A DNA stretch of 28,969 nt from a virus (Duplodnaviria; Caudoviricetes): positions 1 to 28,969 of IMG/VR virus record IMGVR_UViG_3300021092_000143. One strand, given 5' to 3'. How positions within the stretch are numbered: position 1 is the first letter of the stretch; each line of letters begins with the position of its first letter. A model generated the notes under the pieces. It was not told the DNA's origin. It searched no databases and saw only the letters and a program-made list of their open reading frames with translations. The position numbers and the translations under genes were made by a program. Positions 1 through 4,834 of this stretch are shown here, one piece after another.

Positions 1-227
1 ATGTTTCTGATGTTTACCTTCACGGTAATTTGATCGCACGGATTGGTGAAACTTGGATGGAATTGTTTGATGGTGGTTGGCAAACTAATACTACCAAATC
101 CCGTCTAAATGCACTTCTTTCAGCATTTGGTATGGAAGGAGAGTATATCTTCCAAAAGAACTTTGAGTGGTTCATTAACTATCAAGGTTCTCCGATTCCT
201 TTCTTCTCTGGTATGAGGTTGAACTGA
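1..227 (+). CDS. hypothetical phage protein, 5'-truncated (…VSDVYLHGNLIARIGETWMELFDGGWQTNTTKSRLNALL…)
   Basis: Frame is open from base 3 to TGA 225-227, so the TTG start at 30 in the ORF track is probably internal. The YLHGN..FDGGWQ.NTTKSRLNA pattern resembles a recurrent cyanomyovirus hypothetical. Stop overlaps the next ATG (TGATG). Confidence 0.8.
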   Translation, partial: VSDVYLHGNLIARIGETWMELFDGGWQTNTTKSRLNALLSAFGMEGEYIFQKNFEWFINYQGSPIPFFSGMRLN

Positions 228-352
228 TGAACAATCTAATTCTTGGAATCATTCTTGGTATTGTATTATCAACGGTTGGATTCAATGGATTAGCAAACGT
301 TGGTAATCGTGCCATTCATACAATCGAATCCTTCGCAACATCTAATCAATGA
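227..352 (+). CDS. small hydrophobic/membrane protein, 41 aa (MNNLILGIILGIVLSTVGFNGLANVGNRAIHTIESFATSNQ)
   Basis: Hand-translated. ATG overlaps the upstream TGA (TGATG) and its TGA overlaps the downstream ATG (ATGA 349-352), filling the gap exactly. Hydrophobic N-terminus. Confidence 0.75.
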   Translation: MNNLILGIILGIVLSTVGFNGLANVGNRAIHTIESFATSNQ

Positions 353-543
353 AGTATTATCAAATCACAAATATCGAGTTTGATTTTGATGATGAAGATC
401 TGACAGATGAGGAGAAAGATGAGATTGTAAGTGAAGCAAAGAAGTGTCTGTGGGATTCACCTGATGGAGAAGATAGTCTAGCAGATGTAATCACCAATAA
501 TACAGGTTGGTGTATCAAATCTCTGGAATATACAATCAAATAA
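349..543 (+). CDS. acidic hypothetical protein, 64 aa
   Basis: ORF track; ATGA coupling; motifs IEFDFDDE and ITNNTGWCIKSLEY; its TAA is the first codon of repeat copy 1. Confidence 0.8.
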   Translation: MKYYQITNIEFDFDDEDLTDEEKDEIVSEAKKCLWDSPDGEDSLADVITNNTGWCIKSLEYTIK

Positions 544-576
544 AGTGAGTAACCTCCAAAGTGTTCTAGTAGTATG
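541..576 (+). repeat. early-region intergenic element, copy 1 (TAAAGTGAGTAACCTCCAAAGTGTTCTAGTAGT-ATG)
   Basis: 32/36 identical to 1118-1153; runs from the stop codon of one gene to the ATG of the next. Confidence 0.9.
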
Positions 577-753
577 ACACACACGAATCCCTACGTTCAA
601 AACCTGATTGAGATGGGTTATGATGAAACTGATGTAAAAGTTGCATCGACGATGTTTCAAAAAAAGACCTTCCCATGTAACATTCACGGTCGTCATTTCG
701 AGACTGAAGAACAATACAACCAAGAACTTCACGATTACTTCAACGGACTCTGA
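574..753 (+). CDS. hypothetical protein, 59 aa (MTHTNPYVQNLIEMGYDETDVKVASTMFQKKTFPCNIHGRHFETEEQYNQELHDYFNGL)
   Basis: Hand-translated; ATG directly follows repeat copy 1; codon usage matches neighbours; replaces the track ORF 641..826. Confidence 0.8.
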   Translation: MTHTNPYVQNLIEMGYDETDVKVASTMFQKKTFPCNIHGRHFETEEQYNQELHDYFNGL

Positions 754-758
754 TTGTT

Positions 759-887
759 ATGTTCACCATCAAATACTTCACTCCTTATCAACAACAATGG
801 AGGACACAATCATTCTCTACACTTGAAGAAGCAAATCGTATGATTGACTTCTATCGTTCCTGTGGTTCTCCCGCATCTCTCGTCTGA
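759..887 (+). CDS. hypothetical protein, 42 aa (MFTIKYFTPYQQQWRTQSFSTLEEANRMIDFYRSCGSPASLV)
   Basis: Hand-translated; starts 5 nt after the previous stop; TGA overlaps the ATG at 887 (TGATG). Confidence 0.8.
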   Translation: MFTIKYFTPYQQQWRTQSFSTLEEANRMIDFYRSCGSPASLV

Positions 888-1120
888 TGAATCTCAAACT
901 CACTAAACAGAATCGTAAGTATCTCCATCTCGGTTTTGCACTTGAGTTCTTTATCATTGGTTTGTTTCTTACTACAACCGCAAAGTCCGAACCTTATAGT
1001 GAAAGTGTAAATCGATTCTGTGCAAAGGTTGTTGGTATTCCTTACGCATCTGATAACTTCTCACAAGAAGAATGGGAACGTTTCAAGTATTGTCGAAACA
1101 CCCTAAATCCGAAGAATTAA
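887..1120 (+). CDS. hypothetical protein with N-terminal hydrophobic segment, 77 aa
   Basis: ORF track; basic N-terminus then LGFALEFFIIGLFL (signal/TM-like); two Cys; its TAA starts repeat copy 2. Confidence 0.75.
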   Translation: MNLKLTKQNRKYLHLGFALEFFIIGLFLTTTAKSEPYSESVNRFCAKVVGIPYASDNFSQEEWERFKYCRNTLNPKN

Positions 1121-1153
1121 AGTTAGTAACCTCCAAAGTGTCCTTATAGTATG
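1118..1153 (+). repeat. early-region intergenic element, copy 2 (TAAAGTTAGTAACCTCCAAAGTGTCCTTATAGT-ATG)
   Basis: Near-identical to 541-576 and 2237-2269; spans stop to start. Confidence 0.9.
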
Positions 1154-1333
1154 AACACCACCTCACTCCAAGAAGATTGTCTCTCTTTAGCACAAGAGAT
1201 GACAAATGAAATCAACGGTGATCTGTCCTATGTTCCTGATGAAGATGTGAACGATCTGTTATCTAAAGTTACTGAAGATAACATCCAAGAGATCGCATCT
1301 GAACTTGCACAACTCGCATACTGGTTTAACTGA
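1151..1333 (+). CDS. acidic hypothetical protein, 60 aa
   Basis: ORF track; ATG directly follows repeat copy 2; TGATG coupling to the next gene. Confidence 0.8.
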   Translation: MNTTSLQEDCLSLAQEMTNEINGDLSYVPDEDVNDLLSKVTEDNIQEIASELAQLAYWFN

Positions 1334-1593
1334 TGTACTCTAATCTATCCAAGATCAAACCATCACTCAGGACTAAAGGTAACATCACTGGTAACTTCGG
1401 AAAGACTAAAGTTAAGGCAGGTTCTTCACTCTCTGATCTCGGAATGACTACTAAAGAGAATATCAAGGTGACTACACAAAGTGAATACATCAATCGAATG
1501 TATCAAGCACTTGAAACAACTGATGATCCGAAACTTAAGTCCTTTTGTTATAATGAGATCAAGATGTATCTGATCAAGACGAATCAATGGTAA
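1333..1593 (+). CDS. basic hypothetical protein, 86 aa
   Basis: ORF track; TGATG coupling; Lys-rich (SKIKPSLRTKGNITGNFGKTKVKAGS). Confidence 0.8.
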   Translation: MYSNLSKIKPSLRTKGNITGNFGKTKVKAGSSLSDLGMTTKENIKVTTQSEYINRMYQALETTDDPKLKSFCYNEIKMYLIKTNQW

Positions 1594-1609
1594 ATCGTTA
1601 AATTATACC

Positions 1610-1656
1610 TAAAAACACATAAAAAACGTTAAAAATCAATTAAAAATGTGTTTTTA
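1610..1656. repeat. 11-bp perfect inverted repeat in AT-rich tract
   Basis: TAAAAACACAT (1610-1620) / ATGTGTTTTTA (1646-1656), 25-nt A-rich spacer. Confidence 0.7.
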
Positions 1657-1682
1657 AATATACTTAAGTGTTTTTTATTATT

Positions 1683-1701
1683 GATAATGATTCTTATTAT
1701 C
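1683..1701. promoter_or_regulatory. Fur-box-like operator
   Basis: GATAATGATTCTTATTATC matches the classical Fur consensus GATAATGATAATCATTATC at 16/19; adjacent palindrome TGATACGAATTCTTATCA (1711-1728). Confidence 0.45.
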
Positions 1702-1760
1702 ATGTGATACTGATACGAATTCTTATCAATTAAGACCCTTATATACCTCTTTTAATCCTC

Positions 1761-1807
1761 TCAGGTCTTGTGATTATGTGTCTTTAAATGTGTTCAGGTC
1801 TTGTGAT
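1761..1807 (+). repeat. 14-bp direct repeat x2 (TCAGGTCTTGTGAT)
   Basis: Copies at 1761-1774 and 1794-1807 (33-bp period); related inverted copy AGATCACAAAACC at 1857-1869. Confidence 0.8.
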
Positions 1808-1818
1808 CTAAGGCTCCA

Positions 1819-1847
1819 AGCATACACGAAGACCCGAAGAATGTCAA
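1819..1847 (-). promoter_or_regulatory. sigma70-type promoter, minus strand
   Basis: Reverse complement reads TTGACA (1847-1842) - 17 bp - TATGCT (1824-1819). Confidence 0.6.
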
Positions 1848-1921
1848 GACCCCCAAAGATCACAAAACCCACACACACCCACACAAAACCATAAGGACTT
1901 CAAATAAATACACACACCCCA

Positions 1922-1950
1922 TTGACATTTCCCTTCTGAGATCTTACACT
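1922..1950 (+). promoter_or_regulatory. sigma70-type (host-like) promoter
   Basis: TTGACA (1922-1927) - 17 bp - TACACT (1945-1950); GGAGA RBS at 1966-1970 before ATG 1977; a late-type ATAAATA also lies at 1904-1910. Confidence 0.75.
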
Positions 1951-1976
1951 AAGAACATCACCAACGGAGAGAACTT

Positions 1977-2150
1977 ATGACAGTTGCACATCTTCAAGCA
2001 CAGAAAGTTCGTTATAGGGTCACTCTGGATCTTGAGGTCTTTAGTGATTTCGATCCGCACCAACTTAACTGGGAGAAAGTATTCAAATTGGAACCCGCAG
2101 AAAGTGTTTCCGCTTATGTTGAAGACCTGTCAGTTCCTGATCGTTGGTGA
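1977..2150 (+). CDS. hypothetical protein, 57 aa (MTVAHLQAQKVRYRVTLDLEVFSDFDPHQLNWEKVFKLEPAESVSAYVEDLSVPDRW)
   Basis: Hand-translated; preceded by promoter and GGAGA RBS; replaces the track ORF 1984..2223. Confidence 0.85.
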   Translation: MTVAHLQAQKVRYRVTLDLEVFSDFDPHQLNWEKVFKLEPAESVSAYVEDLSVPDRW

Positions 2151-2236
2151 CACTGAGACCCCTCTACAATCCCCTGTAAGGTGTCTCTCACAGTTCTTAG
2201 GTGTCAGTACACTTAAGGACTGATAATCAAAGGAAT

Positions 2237-2269
2237 TAAAGTTAGTAACCTCTAAAGTGTCCCTATAGT
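2237..2269 (+). repeat. early-region intergenic element, copy 3 (TAAAGTTAGTAACCTCTAAAGTGTCCCTATAGT)
   Basis: 31/33 identical to copy 2; followed by a 46-nt leader with a GGGTC/GACCC hairpin (2274-2291). Confidence 0.9.
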
Positions 2270-2315
2270 GTAAGGGTCACACACCAGACCCGAAAGACTT
2301 CTCAAACACACACAA

Positions 2316-2564
2316 ATGACTGTTACTTACCAGACCAACATTCAGGACACCACCTACAACGGTTGGACGAATTATGAGACCTGGAATGTTGCACTCTGGA
2401 TCAGTAATGATGAGGGTTTTTATGACATCGCTCGTCTTTGTGATGATTATCAGGACTTCGTAGATTCCACTGAGAACTTTATCACTAAGACCCCAGACGG
2501 AGTATCATTTACCAGTGACAAATTGAACTGGATTGAACTCAACGAAATGATTGAAGATCTCTGA
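2316..2564 (+). CDS. conserved phage hypothetical protein (YNGWTNYETWNVALW family), 82 aa
   Basis: ORF track; aromatic YNGW.NYETW.V.LW motif recurrent in phage proteins; downstream of repeat copy 3. Confidence 0.85.
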   Translation: MTVTYQTNIQDTTYNGWTNYETWNVALWISNDEGFYDIARLCDDYQDFVDSTENFITKTPDGVSFTSDKLNWIELNEMIEDL

Positions 2565-2641
2565 TCTAGATTATACCTCACTCCTGTCACAAGAGTATAA
2601 ACTAGGCACCACACAGTTCACAACACTTTTCTTCTTACATT

Positions 2642-2785
2642 ATGTCTACTCAAGTGATGATCTCTCTTCTCAAGAAAGGTAACACTGGCTCTGAGATTCT
2701 TGAGATTCTCGAAGCACTTACTGACAATACAGTGAGTGACAGTCAAGAGGGTAACACTCCGACTCTTGATGTGATCGAGTTCTGA
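2642..2785 (+). CDS. hypothetical protein, 47 aa (MSTQVMISLLKKGNTGSEILEILEALTDNTVSDSQEGNTPTLDVIEF)
   Basis: Hand-translated; followed by a strong hairpin; amphipathic helix-like GSEILEILEAL. Confidence 0.75.
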   Translation: MSTQVMISLLKKGNTGSEILEILEALTDNTVSDSQEGNTPTLDVIEF

Positions 2786-2804
2786 TCAGTTAGATTCACA
2801 TAAG

Positions 2805-2851
2805 ACTGTCAGTTCTTTATACTTAAGGGACTGACAGTTCTTTATAGTTTT
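2805..2851 (+). terminator. probable intrinsic terminator / long hairpin ending the early cluster
   Basis: ACTGTCAGT (2805-2813) / ACTGACAGT (2830-2838) perfect 9-bp stem, extendable with G-U pairs to a 4-nt loop, followed by T-rich TCTTTATAGTTTT. Confidence 0.6.
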
Positions 2852-2986
2852 GCCAGTGTTTTGGGGGTTTTATGTTAACCCCGGCGCGGCGTAACCCCGT
2901 TTATAAAAATCCATAAGTCCCTAACCTACAAAAGTGTGTACCCGAGAGAGTTTTATAAACCTCATAGATAAAAAAATTCCGGTGAT

Positions 2987-3130
2987 ATGAGAAGACGTAA
3001 AACCCCTTATTGGAACTTCTGGAAGGTAGTCTTTGCGGGATGGTTAATACGATATCCACGACAGTGCTTTACGATCTTCGGAGGTACGGCCGGGTTTATT
3101 ATAGTGATCATATATAATGCTGTGAGATAA
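2987..3130 (+). CDS. small membrane protein, 47 aa (MRRRKTPYWNFWKVVFAGWLIRYPRQCFTIFGGTAGFIIVIIYNAVR)
   Basis: Hand-translated; GGTGA RBS-like at 2981-2985; basic N-terminus plus hydrophobic C-terminal segment. Confidence 0.7.
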   Translation: MRRRKTPYWNFWKVVFAGWLIRYPRQCFTIFGGTAGFIIVIIYNAVR

Positions 3131-3150
3131 AAAATTCCCGGAAAAATTTT

Positions 3151-3489
3151 ATGACTACAGAGGTTCGCCCATGGGGGTTATTTGAAAACTTATTGGAGGA
3201 AATTGATTATAAGGTCAAGAGAATTATTATCTCACCAAATCAATCAATATCACTCCAATATCATTTCCATAGGGAAGAGTATTGGATAGTTGTTGAGGGT
3301 GATGGAGAACTGACTCATGAGGATACTGTAAGAACTGTAGAGGTTGGTGATAGTGTTTTTATTGGTAAGGAAGATGTACATCGTCTCAAGGCTGGTAAGA
3401 ATGGTATCACAATCATCGAGACACAGATTGGTTTATGTGATGAGGATGATATAGTTCGTTTAGAAGATCATTACGGAAGAGTAGAGTGA
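3151..3489 (+). CDS. stand-alone cupin, mannose-6-phosphate isomerase type II C-terminal domain-like
   Basis: Signature RPWG, SISLQYHFHREEYWIVVEG, HRL and IIETQIG...EDDIVRLEDHYGR, matching the PMI domain of ManC/AlgA-type enzymes. Confidence 0.85.
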   Translation: MTTEVRPWGLFENLLEEIDYKVKRIIISPNQSISLQYHFHREEYWIVVEGDGELTHEDTVRTVEVGDSVFIGKEDVHRLKAGKNGITIIETQIGLCDEDDIVRLEDHYGRVE

Positions 3490-3680
3490 TGGAAAAGGTT
3501 TATCACATATACGCAAAGGATCGTTGTTTATTTCATTCTATCAAAGAAGAAGATTTTGAAGTTACTTGGAACACCTTAAAGAATATGGTAGGTATTATGA
3601 GAACTGATTATGAGATTGATGATTTATCTTTTGAGGAGCTTATGGTGAGCCGGAATGTCTCCTTAGAGGGGTCTTATTGA
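3489..3680 (+). CDS. conserved cyanophage-type hypothetical protein (MEKVYHIYAKDRCLF...), 63 aa
   Basis: ATG at 3489 overlaps the cupin stop (TGATG); the track starts one codon earlier at GTG 3486. Confidence 0.8.
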   Translation: MEKVYHIYAKDRCLFHSIKEEDFEVTWNTLKNMVGIMRTDYEIDDLSFEELMVSRNVSLEGSY

Positions 3681-3705
3681 CAAGGACTAAATATGACGAT
3701 AAAAT
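3677..3705 (+). promoter_or_regulatory. sigma70-type (middle) promoter with embedded late-like CTAAATA
   Basis: TTGACA (3677-3682) - 17 bp - TAAAAT (3700-3705), 23 nt upstream of ATG 3729. Confidence 0.75.
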
Positions 3706-3728
3706 TGATCTGAAGGTTATTTTCAATT

Positions 3729-4496
3729 ATGGCAAAAGGATTTACGGTTAAAGCGGCAGCACCTAAACCTACAGAGAAAGAATGGGACTATGGTGTGATT
3801 AAGGAACGAATGAAGGGGAAGAGTATTGTATTCTGTCTTCCTGGCCGTGGTTGTTCCTTTATTTTCTTGAAAGCATTTGTTCAACTCTGTTTTGATATGG
3901 TTCAAAATGGAATGAGTATTCAAATCTCTCAAGACTATTCTTCCATGGTGAACTTTGCTCGTTGTAAAGTTCTTGGAGCAAACGTACTTCGTGGACCCAA
4001 ACAGATTCCTTGGGATGGCAAACTTCAATATGATTATCAACTTTGGATTGATAGTGATATTGTCTTTGATACCAATAAGTTCTGGCAACTCTGTGATCTT
4101 GCTCTGAATGAAGAAGGGGAAGAAAAAGAAATCGTTGCTGGTTGGTATGCAACTGAAGATGGTCATACTACTTCAGTTGCTCATTGGTTAGAAGAAGATG
4201 ATTTCCGTCGTAATGGTGGAGTCATGAATCATGAAACTGTTGAATCGATTAGTAAGCGTCGTAAACCATTTACAGTAGATTACACTGGATTTGGTTGGGT
4301 TCTGATTAAGAAAGGTGTATTTGAAAATCTTGAATACCCTTGGTTTGCTCCTAAGATGCAAGTCTTTGAATCTGGAGCAGTTCAAGATATGTGTGGTGAA
4401 GATGTATCATTCTGTCTTGATGCAAAAGAACAGGGATTTGATATCTGGTGTGATCCTCGTATTCGTGTGGGACATGAAAAAACTCGTGTAATCTAA
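3729..4496 (+). CDS. GT-A fold (family 2-like) glycosyltransferase-like protein
   Basis: DxD motif WIDSDIVF, YTGFGWVLIKKGVFE, GEDVSFC and VGHEK; MAKGFTVKA N-terminus typical of a conserved cyanomyovirus gene. Confidence 0.8.
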   Translation: MAKGFTVKAAAPKPTEKEWDYGVIKERMKGKSIVFCLPGRGCSFIFLKAFVQLCFDMVQNGMSIQISQDYSSMVNFARCKVLGANVLRGPKQIPWDGKLQYDYQLWIDSDIVFDTNKFWQLCDLALNEEGEEKEIVAGWYATEDGHTTSVAHWLEEDDFRRNGGVMNHETVESISKRRKPFTVDYTGFGWVLIKKGVFENLEYPWFAPKMQVFESGAVQDMCGEDVSFCLDAKEQGFDIWCDPRIRVGHEKTRVI

Positions 4497-4642
4497 TGGC
4501 ATTTAATATCTTATACAAAGGACGTAAGATATATCAGAACCTCAGTTATGAAGAATGTACTGAGGTTCTTGACGAACTCTCCTCCAAGTACTACACTGAA
4601 GAGGAATTTGATATTGAACAACTCGAACTGGAGGAAATCTAA
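4496..4642 (+). CDS. acidic hypothetical protein, 48 aa (MAFNILYKGRKIYQNLSYEECTEVLDELSSKYYTEEEFDIEQLELEEI)
   Basis: Hand-translated; TAATG overlaps at both ends. Confidence 0.8.
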   Translation: MAFNILYKGRKIYQNLSYEECTEVLDELSSKYYTEEEFDIEQLELEEI

Positions 4643-4785
4643 TGGCTAAAGGTGGATCAAATAAAACTGTATTTGAATCAGGAGAACCAAAGAAGACACG
4701 TCAGGGACGTTCTGCACGGACTCTTCTCTCTGCCACATCTCGAAATGGTCGAAAGAAAAGGTATCGTGGTCAAGGTAAAGGTTAA
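4642..4785 (+). CDS. small highly basic protein, 47 aa (MAKGGSNKTVFESGEPKKTRQGRSARTLLSATSRNGRKKRYRGQGKG)
   Basis: Hand-translated; GGAGG RBS at 4630-4634; TAATG coupling; KKTRQG...KKRYRGQG pattern; followed by a terminator. Confidence 0.85.
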   Translation: MAKGGSNKTVFESGEPKKTRQGRSARTLLSATSRNGRKKRYRGQGKG

Positions 4786-4795
4786 TAGTATAGAT

Positions 4796-4824
4796 AGAGC
4801 AGGAAGAAATTCCTGCTTTTTTTT
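4796..4824 (+). terminator. rho-independent terminator
   Basis: AGCAGGAA-GAAA-TTCCTGCT stem-loop running into a T8 tract (4817-4824). Confidence 0.85.
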
Positions 4825-4834
4825 GTATCAATTT

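Noticed and set aside
641-826. Track ORF of 61 aa (+)
   Set aside because: TTG start, out of frame across two better ORFs (574-753, 759-887) that tile the region with proper junctions.
1984-2223. Track ORF of 79 aa (+)
   Set aside because: Alternative frame of 1977-2150, which has an ATG, RBS and promoter; it runs through hairpins.
541-2269. CRISPR array or integron attC interpretation of the repeats
   Set aside because: Spacing is 0.6-1.1 kb and filled by genes; the repeats are not palindromic with attC R/L boxes; no cas or integrase gene in the window.
4652-4834. N-terminal extension of the 293-aa track ORF
   Set aside because: Overlaps the 47-aa basic gene and crosses an intrinsic terminator; ATG 4835 is preferred.
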